Assembly (NCBI GenBank): GCA_963753895.1
Contig: CAVWEE010000005.1
Location: 19,036-83,035, forward strand
From: an uncultured Chloroflexia bacterium
Lineage (GTDB): Bacteria > Chloroflexota > Anaerolineae > Anaerolineales > Anaerolineaceae
Direction of reading: 5' to 3'
DNA length: 64,000 nucleotides
Part shown: positions 40,818-50,186 of the stretch, piece after piece
Layout: every line of letters begins with the position of its first letter
Position numbering within the stretch: position 1 is the first letter of the stretch
Made by a program: the position numbers and the translations under genes
The notes under the pieces: model-generated
Databases searched by the model: none
What the model was told of the DNA's origin: nothing
What the model saw: the letters and a program-made list of their open reading frames with translations, nothing else

Positions 40818-41672
40818 ATGTCTGCATCCATGCCCAAAAAGGCCCGCTTACGCAAACAGATTGGCAGGTGGCTTGGCAGTGCGTTTACCACTGGCCTGGC
40901 CCTGCTGTGGTCTGTGCCGGTGATCTGGGCGGTGGTGGCTTCTTTCCGCCCTGCCAATGATGCTATCAGTCACGGCGATGTGTGGTTCAGCACCAGCCTC
41001 ACAGTGGAGAATTACACCCGCGCCTGGTCAATGGCTCCCTTCGGGCAGTATTATCTCAATACAATCATCGTTGTATTGCTTATTCTGGCTGTGCAGCTGG
41101 TGACAATCATTTTGGCTGGTTTTGCCTTCGCTAATTACAAGTTTATGGGAAAAAAATGGGTGTTCTTCTTCGTCTTGCTGCAAATGATGATCCCCACTTC
41201 CGCACTTCTGGCGCCAAACTTTGCCACTATCCGCGAGTTGGGCATCTTTGACACCCGCCTGGCGATCGCCATTCCATATTTTGGCTCGGCTTTTGGCACC
41301 TTTTTGATGCGGCAGGCATTTCTGGAAGTGCCGCGTGACCTGGTGGATGCGGGCATTATGGACGGCTGCTCATGGTGGCAGTTGATCGTGCATGTGTATC
41401 TGCCGCCAGCCGTACCTACTCTCATCGCTTTTGGTCTTTCCTCGGCCACCTGGCACTGGAACGAGTTCCTGTGGCCGCTGATCATCACCAACAGCGACAA
41501 GAGCCGACCGTTGACGGCCGGGCTGGTGCGGTTCACCCAGCTGGGGGAGATTGGCGCGCAGTGGTCATTGCTTACCGCGGCGACTTTGATGGTGATCGCA
41601 CCCTTGTTCATTGTTTTCCTGGTGTTCCAGCGGCGGTTTATTCAGAGCTTCCTGCATTCAGGGTTGAAATAA
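40818..41672 (+). CDS. Carbohydrate ABC transporter permease (MalG type)
   Basis: ATG 40818, 2 nt after the previous stop, within ORF 40497..41672. EAA-loop region DAGIMDGCSWWQLIVHVYLP. Confidence 0.9.
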   Translation: MSASMPKKARLRKQIGRWLGSAFTTGLALLWSVPVIWAVVASFRPANDAISHGDVWFSTSLTVENYTRAWSMAPFGQYYLNTIIVVLLILAVQLVTIILAGFAFANYKFMGKKWVFFFVLLQMMIPTSALLAPNFATIRELGIFDTRLAIAIPYFGSAFGTFLMRQAFLEVPRDLVDAGIMDGCSWWQLIVHVYLPPAVPTLIAFGLSSATWHWNEFLWPLIITNSDKSRPLTAGLVRFTQLGEIGAQWSLLTAATLMVIAPLFIVFLVFQRRFIQSFLHSGLK

Positions 41673-41702
41673 TCCCCGTCATATTTTGTAATTGATTTTC
41701 AG

Positions 41703-41732
41703 CACTCAGCCCGCCATTTGGCGGGCTGAGTG
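41703..41732. terminator. 13-bp-stem hairpin between convergent genes (terminator-like, no clear U tract)
   Basis: CACTCAGCCCGCC-attt-GGCGGGCTGAGTG. Confidence 0.55.
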
Positions 41733-41763
41733 AATATTACTTATTCGGGTGCTTTCAGGTCAC

Positions 41764-42330
41764 TCAGCACCCCTCGCTGCAGTTGTCACAGCAATCGGAT
41801 TTGTTTGGCGTATAGTCGATCAGGTGCCCGTACCGGTCAAATTCAAACTGGCAGCAGTCTTCGAGGTTTTTTTTGAGCAAAGCCCGACCGCGCTGGACAC
41901 GCGACTTGGCGCCGCTGATTGAGAGGGAAAGATGCTGGGCAAGGTCTTTTTGTGACACGTTTTCAAACTCGGTCATCATCAGGGCCTGATGGTATTTCTC
42001 CGGCAGTTCTGCAATAAAGTCTTTCAAACCATTTGCGATTTCATTTGCAGCAAGTGGCTCCGGTGACCAAACCGGAATATTCTCTTCATTAAGGGGAGAG
42101 TCGGGCGGACGCTGGGTGCGGTAATGATCGATGATCGTGTTGCGGGTGATCTGGTACAGCCAGGAAAGCAGACGTTCGTCATCTCTCAAGGAGTGGATGT
42201 TCTGGTGGATTTTGAGAAAGACATCCTGCAGAATATCATCTGCATCCTGCCGGTCATTCACTCGCTTGAGAATGAAGTTTTTTAATTGTTGGCTGAATTG
42301 TTCCCACACACAATGCGTACATACATCCAT
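41764..42330 (-). CDS. sigZ: ECF-type RNA polymerase sigma factor, SigZ-like, with Cys-rich C-terminal extension
   Basis: Intact 188-aa ORF with sigma-70 regions 2 and 4. The C-terminal CCQFEFDRYGHLIDY...CCDNCSEGC matches the CCxFEFD..G.IIDY tail I recall from B. subtilis SigZ. There is also an N-terminal CTHC. Confidence 0.75.
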   Translation of the reverse strand: MDVCTHCVWEQFSQQLKNFILKRVNDRQDADDILQDVFLKIHQNIHSLRDDERLLSWLYQITRNTIIDHYRTQRPPDSPLNEENIPVWSPEPLAANEIANGLKDFIAELPEKYHQALMMTEFENVSQKDLAQHLSLSISGAKSRVQRGRALLKKNLEDCCQFEFDRYGHLIDYTPNKSDCCDNCSEGC

Positions 42331-43082
42331 TACTGTTTGACGCCCTCCAGGGTGAGACTGCCTGTGCCATACTCTTCATGCTTTGTGGCATCATAGATTT
42401 TGAAATTGTGGATGATCAGATCATCAAAGCCGCAATCACGGACAAGCTCCAGAAATTCTGTTTTGTCCATTGCGCCAGCCACGCAGCCTGCCCATAAGTT
42501 CATATCCTGGCGGATAGCTTCCGGGACTTTCCCAAATGTTACCACATCCGAAATGCAGAATTTTCCGCCGGGTTTCAGGACGCGCTGCATTTCTTTAAGC
42601 ACGCGACGTTTGTCCGGGGCCAGGTTGATGACGCAATTGGAGAGGATCAGGTCAATGCTGTCATCATCTACGGGCAAGTTTTCAATCTCTCCCAGGCGGA
42701 ATTCAACATTGGTGATGCCGGCTTTTTCGGCATTGGCACGTGCTCTCTGGATCATTTCTTCGGTCATATCTACGCCGATTGCCAGGCCATCGGGGCCAAC
42801 TTTTTGAGCGGCCAGAAAAACATCAATCCCTGCTCCGCTGCCAAGGTCGAGAATGGTTTGGCCGGGCAGGATCTGCGCAAACTGGGTTGGCATGCCGCAT
42901 CCCAGGCCAAGATCCGAACCTTCTACAGGTTTTATGCCGCCCGCATCATAATCAATCAACTGGCTCATATCCAGGTCAATGTCACTGCAACAACTGGATC
43001 CACTGCCACAGCAACCACTTTTGGTCAGGGCAACGCCCCGATATTTTTCTTTCACTGCATCCTTGATGGTTTTATCGTCCAT
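42330..43082 (-). CDS. arsM: Arsenite S-adenosylmethionine methyltransferase-like (ArsM family) protein
   Basis: ORF 42330..43136; start likely ATG 43082 (AAGGAG RBS). SAM motif ILDLGSGAGID. The four Cys positions typical of ArsM are present (GCCGSGSSCC, LGCGMP, SNCVINL, AGCVAGA). The stop overlaps the sigZ ATG by 1 nt. Confidence 0.8.
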   Translation of the reverse strand: MDDKTIKDAVKEKYRGVALTKSGCCGSGSSCCSDIDLDMSQLIDYDAGGIKPVEGSDLGLGCGMPTQFAQILPGQTILDLGSGAGIDVFLAAQKVGPDGLAIGVDMTEEMIQRARANAEKAGITNVEFRLGEIENLPVDDDSIDLILSNCVINLAPDKRRVLKEMQRVLKPGGKFCISDVVTFGKVPEAIRQDMNLWAGCVAGAMDKTEFLELVRDCGFDDLIIHNFKIYDATKHEEYGTGSLTLEGVKQ

Positions 43083-43245
43083 TTTAAACTCCTTTTTTGA
43101 TATTGTCTTCATTCTTAAAGACGAAGTATTTTGCAAAAAGACGCAAAAACAGGGGATGCTTATTGGGGTTTCGTCGGGTTGTTCTTTGTTATCAGCTATA
43201 ATTTATAGTAATTCATATCCATTATAAAACCCTGAGGGAAAAACC

Positions 43246-45646
43246 ATGAAAGACATCAAAAATTTGATCACACAAATGACGGTTGAGGAAAAAGCCTCGT
43301 TATGTTCTGGCAAGGATTTTTGGTTTTTGAAGGGCATCGAGCGATTGGGCATTCCTGAAATGATGGTCACGGATGGACCTCATGGGCTGCGCAAGCAGGC
43401 CGGGAGGAGCGACCAGCTTGGTTTGCGGGACACCGTCCCGGCGGTGTGCTTCCCTACGGCATCGGCGCTGGCTGCCACCTGGGATCGTGACCTGATCTAT
43501 CAGGTGGGTGTCGCATTGGGGGAAGAATGCCGCCAGGAAGAAGTGGCCGTCATCCTCGGGCCGGGGGCCAATATCAAACGCTCGCCGCTGTGCGGGCGCA
43601 ATTTCGAATATTTCTCGGAAGACCCTTACCTGTCCGGACAGATGGCAAAGAGCCATATCAACGGTGTACAGAGCCAGGGGATTGGTACCTCTTTGAAGCA
43701 TTTTGTGGTTAACAATCAGGAGTCCCGCCGGATGACGATTGACGCGGTGGTGGATGAGCGCGCCCTGCGGGAAATTTATCTGGCTGGTTATGAAACGGCG
43801 GTTAAAGAAGCCCAGCCGTGGACAGTGATGTGCGCCTACAACCGCGTGAACGGCACCTACTGCTCAGAGAACGCCTTCCTGATGACGGATGTGCTCAAGA
43901 GAGAATGGGGGCATGAGGGTCTGGTGGTAACCGACTGGGGCGCGATGAACGGGCGCGTAGATGGTCTGCGTGCAGGGGTCGAGCTGGAAATGCCCGGGAT
44001 GCCCAACGGCAACGATGCAAAGATCGTGGCGGCTGTGCAGTCCGGGGAACTGGATGAAGCGGTTCTGGACCGCGCGGTGGAACGCATTTTGACGATGATC
44101 TTCAAGGCTGAAGAAACGCTTTCTGAGGTTTTTGCATATGACAAAGAGGCACATCATGCCCTGGCACGGAAAGTGGCTGGCAAGGGGGCGGTGCTGCTCA
44201 AAAATGACAACGCTGCGCTGCCCGTGATGGAAGGGGCTAAAATTGCTCTGGTGGGGCGCTTTGCCAAAGCGCCGCGTTATCAGGGCGGGGGGTCTTCGTT
44301 AATGGAACCGACGCAACTGGATACCCTGTATGACGAGATGCTTAAGCTGGTCGGAGCGGACACCCTGCACTATGCACCCGGTTATGACGAGAAAGGTGAC
44401 TTGCCTGACGAAGACCTGATCCGGGAAGCGATCGAAATCAGCAAGGATGCGGATGTGGTCGTGGTGTGTGCTGGTTTGCCTGATCTGTATGAGACGGAAG
44501 GGCTGGACCGCAAACACATGCACATGCCCCCTGGACATGATGTTCTCATTCAAAAGCTGGCGGAGGCACACGCGCGGGTGGTTGTGGTGTTGAGCAACGG
44601 TTCACCGGTGGAAATGCCCTGGGTGAATGATGTGCAGGCCATATTGGAAGGCTATCTTGGCGGGCAGGCTGGCGCGGGCGGCATCGCGGATATTTTGCTT
44701 GGCCGGGTCAACCCTGGCGGCAAGCTGGCCGAGACCTTCCCACTGCGGCTGGAAGACAATCCGTCTTATCGAAACTTCCCCGGCGGCCCGGCTACGGTCG
44801 AGTACCGTGAGAGTATCTATGTTGGTTACCGCTATTACGATGCTGTCCAGCAGGAAGTGCTGTTTCCTTTCGGACACGGTTTGAGCTATACCAGTTTTGC
44901 CTACAGCGATCTGGCCGTCCAGCCGGGAGCGGAGACGTGACTCATTTGTCGTCACCTTGAAGGTGAGGAATACCGGTGCTGTGGCGGGTGACGAAATCGT
45001 CCAGCTGTATGTGCGCGACGTGGAAGCCAGCGTTTTCCGGCCGGAGAAGGAATTGAAGGGCTTTGCGCGGGTGTCTTTGCAGCCAGGTGAAGAAACCGTG
45101 GTGACGATGGAACTGGACAGCCGCGCTTTTGCTTTTTATGACACGGTGCGCAAGGACTGGGTCGTGGAAGCCGGTGCATTTGAGATTCTGGTGGGGGCTT
45201 CTTCGCAGGATATCCGGGTGAGTACGATTATCGAGACCGGGAGTGTCGTACGGAAGCACCCCGCATACGAGAATTTCCCGAAGGGTGCAGCGATCAGCGA
45301 TGCCGATTTTGCAGCCTTGCTGGGGCGGCCTTTGCCGTCCAATGATGGTGAGAAGAAGGGCGCATATACCCTGAATACACCCATCTGTGAATTGGGCGGG
45401 TCTTTTGTCGGGCGGCAGCTTTACAAGATGATGCAGAAGCAAGTTGCCAAAATGATTGCCGGAGATGAAGATACTCCTACGGCGTTGATGATGAAGACCA
45501 TGATCAAGGAAATGCCGCTGCGTAATTTGTTGATGATGGGCGGTGGACCGCTCAATGCCGGGATGCTGGATGGCTTGTTGACGATGATGAACGGCAGATT
45601 TTTTAAGGGATTGTCTGCGTTATTGCGGGCAAGGAAGGGTAAATAA
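43246..45646 (+). pseudogene. Glycoside hydrolase family 3 beta-glucosidase, one frame break as sequenced
   Basis: GH3 N- and C-terminal domains are in ORF 43246..44940 (TDGPHGLRKQ ... VVTDWGAM). The Fn3-like C-terminal domain is in ORF 44897..45646 (FVVTLKVRNTGAVAGDEIVQLYV). The break is near 44935. Confidence 0.9.
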
Positions 45647-45829
45647 CTTATGTCGAAGAACACCGTACGGCGAGCTTATGAGTAACCCTGAATCGGGGCT
45701 TCGAAGGATACAGGAATGCGAAACCTGTCCCTACGGCATTTTCGTGCATAGAACTTTGTGAACATTCTGAACGGGAAGCTGAAGTGGGATTGAACTTCAA
45801 AATTAAACAATTAAGGACTTTAAACCTAT

Positions 45830-46591
45830 ATGACAATATTTCAATACATCCTGATCGGCGTGGCGGCTTTCCTGGGCGGGGCAGTGAATGCCCTGGCCGG
45901 CGGTGGCACGCTGATCACATTCCCGATGATGACGGCGGTGGGCATCCCTCCCGTTTCGGCCAATGTGACCAATACGATCGCCCTGGTGCCCGGTTATTTT
46001 GGGGCGACCATGGCACAGCGCAAGGACTTGAAGGGACAGGAAAAGCGGACGCGCATTTTGCTGCCCATTTCTGCGCTGGGCGGGCTGCTGGGCGGCATTC
46101 TATTAATTCGCATAGATGAATCGGTTTTTGATGCGCTGGTGCCGTACCTGATCCTGCTGGCGACGGTTTTGCTGGCGGTAGGCGCACCTCTGCGCAAATG
46201 GGTGATCAAACGCGGCGAGGAAGGCAAAACGGCGGCATCTCTGGAAAAATGGGCGCCTCTGCCGGTTGGGCTGGCGGCGATCTATGGCGGTTATTTTGGG
46301 GCCGGGCTGGGCGTGATCACCCTGGCTGTATTGGGATTGGTGTATAACGACAGCATCACGCGGCTGAATGCTCTCAAGCAGAGTATTTCCTTCGCCGTCA
46401 ACACGGCGGGAGCGATTTTCTTTCTCTTCTCCGGGCGGGTGTACTGGCTTGCGGCACTGATCATGGCCGTGTTTGCCTATGCTGGCGGGACGCTGGGCGG
46501 CCGGCTGGCAGGCAAGGTCAAGCCGCAGGTGCTGCGCCGTGTGATCGTGGTGATTGGTCTGATCGTGTCGGTGATCTATTTTGTGAAGTGA
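45830..46591 (+). CDS. TauE/SafE-family sulfite/anion exporter
   Basis: Intact 253-aa ORF, polytopic, with a Gly-rich N-terminus (GGAVNALAGGGTLITFP). Confidence 0.85.
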   Translation: MTIFQYILIGVAAFLGGAVNALAGGGTLITFPMMTAVGIPPVSANVTNTIALVPGYFGATMAQRKDLKGQEKRTRILLPISALGGLLGGILLIRIDESVFDALVPYLILLATVLLAVGAPLRKWVIKRGEEGKTAASLEKWAPLPVGLAAIYGGYFGAGLGVITLAVLGLVYNDSITRLNALKQSISFAVNTAGAIFFLFSGRVYWLAALIMAVFAYAGGTLGGRLAGKVKPQVLRRVIVVIGLIVSVIYFVK

Positions 46592-46600
46592 GAGGAAATA

Positions 46601-46673
46601 CACCCCTTCCCAACCTCCCCCAAATAGATATTCTTTAAAGGGAGGGGCTTCGTGAATTTGATTTGTAGTCAGG
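46601..46673 (+). repeat. Hairpin repeat family, copy D (10 nt after the TauE stop)
   Basis: CACCCCTTCCCAACCTCCCCCAAA ... TTTAAAGGGAGGGG-CTTCGTGAATTTGATTTGTAG. Confidence 0.6.
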
Positions 46674-46688
46674 TATATAAAATTTTAT

Positions 46689-46753
46689 CCAAAAACAACA
46701 TTTTTGAGGGAGGGGCTTCGTGAATTTGATTTGTAGCCAGGAATGTAAAATTT
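46689..46753 (+). repeat. Partial direct duplicate of the 3' half of copy D
   Basis: GGGAGGGGCTTCGTGAATTTGATTTGTAG is identical at 46640..46668 and 46708..46736 (68-nt offset). Similarity continues ~17 nt further. Confidence 0.75.
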
Positions 46754-46774
46754 GTTTGAAAAGGTTGGTGGATC

Positions 46775-47551
46775 ATGTCAAATGCAAACCACAGAAGTGA
46801 TGGCCGTGCAGCGGATGCGCTGCGCGAGGTGAAATTTACCCCGGATTATGTGGAATACCCGGAAGGCTCGGTCCTGATTGAGATGGGCAAGACGCGGGTG
46901 CTGTGCAATGTGAGCATTGAAGAGGGTGTGCCAAAATGGATGAGCGGACGCGGTACAGGCTGGCTAACGGCGGAATATGCCATGCTGCCACGTGCCACCC
47001 ATACCCGTTCTCCGCGGGAGACGAAGGGTCTCAAGGGACGCACGCAGGAGATCCGCCGTTTGGTGGGCCGTTCCCTGCGGGCAGCAGTAGACCTGGAAAA
47101 ATTAGGTGAATTTACCATTCTGGTGGACTGTGATGTGCTGCAGGCGGATGGCGGCACGCGCACGGCTTCGGTCAATGGCGGGTATGTGGCTGTGGGCCTG
47201 GCTTTGCAGCGGCTCGCTGCCAACGGTTTGATACCTGCTGATGCATTATTGCCCCCGGTTGCAGCAATCAGCATTGGCAATATTGACGGCATTCCTCTCC
47301 TTGACCTGTGCTATGAAGAAGATCACCAGGCCGAAGTGGATCTGAATGTGGTCATGACGGCGGATGGCCGCTTTATTGAAGTGCAGGGCACCGCCGAAGG
47401 TGAGCCGTTTGACCGCGCCATGCTGGATGCCATGCTGGCACTGGCCGAAAAGGGGATTGGAGAAATTATCGAAATGCAGCAGGCGGCCCTGGCGGGTAAG
47501 TGCATAATTTATAATGCACAATGGATAATGAAAAGCTCCTCCCGCGGGTGA
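46775..47551 (+). CDS. rph: Ribonuclease PH
   Basis: Intact 258-aa ORF. RSDGRAADALREVKFT ... GSVLIEMGKTRVLC ... TAEYAMLPRATHTR ... DCDVLQADGGTRTASVNG is a classic RNase PH pattern. Confidence 0.92.
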   Translation: MSNANHRSDGRAADALREVKFTPDYVEYPEGSVLIEMGKTRVLCNVSIEEGVPKWMSGRGTGWLTAEYAMLPRATHTRSPRETKGLKGRTQEIRRLVGRSLRAAVDLEKLGEFTILVDCDVLQADGGTRTASVNGGYVAVGLALQRLAANGLIPADALLPPVAAISIGNIDGIPLLDLCYEEDHQAEVDLNVVMTADGRFIEVQGTAEGEPFDRAMLDAMLALAEKGIGEIIEMQQAALAGKCIIYNAQWIMKSSSRG

Positions 47552-47574
47552 ACGCTGCGTGAGGAGTTTTTTTC
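47536..47574 (+). terminator. Terminator-like hairpin with T7 tract enclosing the rph stop
   Basis: CTCCTC ... GAGGAG followed by TTTTTTT. Confidence 0.55.
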
Positions 47575-47647
47575 TTTGCGTTGCAGCTTTGCGTGAGCAT
47601 TTTTGTTTAGGTTAAGAACCTGTTCTGCAAGGTGGCAAAGTCATGTA

Positions 47648-48306
47648 TTAATCACTCGTCCAGCCGATGTCGTTGTGAGTGCTGTCGCAGAAGGGTTTCT
47701 GTTTGGATGCGCCACAGCGGCACATGCCTGCCCGGCAGCCGGAGTAGAGCAGTTCGCCCGTCCATTGAATACCTCAAAATTCCCCATAAAGCGGATCGAC
47801 TTGTTTGGCCTGACCATAATGCGCAGCACGTCATCCTCTGCTGACTGCTCAACGGATGCTCGAGGTGTGCCGACACCGTCGGCAGTAAAGCCAGTTTCCA
47901 AATGGGTGTTATCGCAGAAAGGCTTGTTTTTGAAATCACCGCAGCGGCAGAGGGCCATGCGGGTGTCCTTGTGTAATACATTGCCTTCCGGGTCGATCAG
48001 CTCGATATTGCCATGCACATAGAGGGGGCCATCCTTGACGAACCAGGCTCTGTTCTTGACCGGAGGGCGCTCGGTTTCTCCTCCGTCTGTACGTACAAAA
48101 TGCAGGGCGCCAGTCGGGCAGCCCAGCACGGCATTGACCAGTTCCTCGGCGGGGGTATCGTTGGGCTGCACCCAGGGGCGCTGGTGCTGACTGAAGACTT
48201 CTGGCAGGGCATGGATACATTCTTCAGCATGGATGCAGCGTTTGACATCGTACTGGATGGTGACGCCCTTGCCCTGGTATTCGCGGATTTTTGGTTTCTT
48301 GTCCAT
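47648..48306 (-). pseudogene. Fe-S protein: divergent 4Fe-4S mono-cluster domain plus two CDGSH-type domains, one frame break as sequenced
   Basis: ORF 47641..48306 carries the N-terminal Cys motif (KRCIHAEECIHALP ... GCPTGAL) and the first CDGSH-like motif, CRCGDFKNKPFCDNTH. The second motif, CRCGASKQKPFCDSTH, lies in another frame and ends at the TAA at 47648..47650. Confidence 0.7.
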
Positions 48307-48423
48307 TTATATCTTCCTGATTGCTATGGTTGTTGTTTGACAGATTATATAGGACTATTTTAGCCTGAATTCACAGAATTAAGCAAGGGCATAGCGGTTG
48401 ATCTGCTTTGCTCTTGACCCAGG

Positions 48424-48463
48424 TTAAAGAAAAGAGCTGTTCCAGTTATGCGGGAACAGCTCT
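48424..48463 (-). terminator. Rho-independent terminator of the triple-RidA gene
   Basis: AGAGCTGTTCC ... GGAACAGCTCT, an 11-bp stem. On the minus strand it is followed by TTTTCTTT. Confidence 0.8.
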
Positions 48464-48525
48464 GTGTTGATTTAGACTAGCCACCTGACAGTTTTAAAAA
48501 GAGGGCATAAAAGGTGGCCAACAAA

Positions 48526-49794
48526 TTATGCTTGTGGAGGTGTACCTTCACCGTTAGAAACAACTGCATCAATTTGTACCAAAGCATCCATAGGGATAGC
48601 TGAAACGCCAACTGTTGTTCGTGCAGGAAGATCGCTTTTGAAGAATGTTGTGTAAACTTCGTTTACAGCATCAATATCTGCGATATTTTTAAGTTGGATA
48701 TTTACTTTAACTACATCGTCCATAACGTGGTCGACACTTTCCACAATTGCCTTGATATTTTTTAGGCACTGTCCAGCCTGCTCTTTTACACCACCAGCTA
48801 CCATTTCACCAGTTTTTGGGTCTAAAGGTAATTGACCTGAAATATGATTGTAATGAGAAAAAGCTACAGTTTGTGTAGATACAGAACTTTTTGGTGCATT
48901 TTCCGTATTGTTTGCCCTTATGACGAGTCCATGCCTGTCTTCAACAGCTTGTGGGGGTGTACCATCTCCGTGTGACACAACTGCATCAATTTGTACCAAA
49001 GCATCCATAGGTAAAGCTGAAGCTGCAACTGTTGTCCGTGCAGGAACATAGGCTGCGGTCCTGGCGATAGCCGAGTCTGGGAAAAATGTTGTATAAACTT
49101 CGTTTACGGCTTCAATATCCGAGAGGTTTTTAAGGAAGATATTTATTTTAACAATATCGTCAAAAGGAACGTCGATACTTTCTAAAATTGCCTTGATATT
49201 TTTTAGGCACTGTCCAGCCTGCTCTTTTACACCACCAGCTACCATTTCACCAGATTTAGGATCGATAGGTAATTGAGCTGAAATATTATTGTAATGAGAA
49301 AAAGCTACAGTTTGTGTAGATACAGAACTTTTTGGCGCATTTTCCGTGTTTCTTGCAACTTTTATGAGATCGCGAAGGCGCTTGTGAAGGTGTACCTTCA
49401 CCGTTTGAAATAACTGCTTCAATTTGTACCAAAGCATCATCCATAGGTAAAGCTGCAACTGCGACTGTCGTCCGTGTAGGAAGATAGCTTGGGAAGAATG
49501 TTGCATAAACTTCGTTTACAGCGTCAATATCTGAGATATTCTTAAGGAATATATTGATTCTAACAACATCGTCCATAACATGGTCGATACTTTCTACAAT
49601 TGCTTTAATATTTGCTAAGCACTGCTTTGCCTGCTCTTTTACACCACCAGCTACAATTTCACCAGATTTTAGGATCTACAGGTAATTGAGCTGAAATATT
49701 ATTGTAATGAGAAAAAGCTACAGTTTGTGATAGAGACCGAACTTTTTGGTGCATTTTCCGTGTTTCTTGCTAATACTGCGTTATAGCCGCTCAT
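48526..49794 (-). pseudogene. Three tandem RidA/YjgF/L-PSP domains in one polypeptide (~420 aa); three frame breaks confined to the first copy and linker
   Basis: ATG 49794 (GGAA RBS). Copy 3 is at 48529..48918, copy 2 at 48946..49353 and copy 1 at ~49354..49767. Each copy reads NTENAPKSSVSTQTVAFSHYN.IS.QLP.DPK.GE.VAGGVKEQA.QCL.NIKAI ... P.RTTV ... PMDALVQI.AV. Copies 2 and 3 are intact within ORF 48526..49506. One break in copy 1 is a T4-versus-T3 run at 49667..49670. GC is ~38-42% in the lines I counted. Confidence 0.8.
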
Positions 49795-49954
49795 GATCGT
49801 ATTTCCTTTCAAACATATTTATTGATTCAAGTTTCGCGCCGTAAAAACCGGTATAACCATTGAAAACCTGACGATTTTTCAGAATTTGGTTAAACTTTCA
49901 GCCTGGTTATATCAAGACTTTGCTGCCTGATTTCTGTTGCATAACTTGAATTGG

Positions 49955-49972
49955 TAACCACTCGAGTGGTTA
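49955..49972. promoter_or_regulatory. 18-bp perfect palindrome abutting a minus-strand TATAAT
   Basis: TAACCACTCGAGTGGTTA. On the minus strand, TATAAT (49977..49972) directly precedes it. Confidence 0.55.
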
Positions 49973-50003
49973 TTATAGCAGGCATCCTTCTTTTTGGCTA
50001 CAT

Positions 50004-50029
50004 ATTGTCAGACAATATTGTCTGACAAT
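50004..50029. promoter_or_regulatory. 26-bp perfect palindrome (candidate operator)
   Basis: ATTGTCAGACAAT|ATTGTCTGACAAT. It lies just upstream of the putative minus-strand -35 (TAGCCA) and ~160 nt upstream of ATG 50187 on the plus strand. Confidence 0.55.
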
Positions 50030-50186
50030 TAAATGAAGTTTTGATTTTATTGAGTGAAATTAAGAATTTCCAGGGGCTGATTTCCTTTTCTTTGCAACTA
50101 TTCCTCGATGTTCCCGTATACAATCATAGAGGTGATGCAATATACTCCTTATAAAATTAGGTTTTGTGTATTTACCGGAGAAGATA

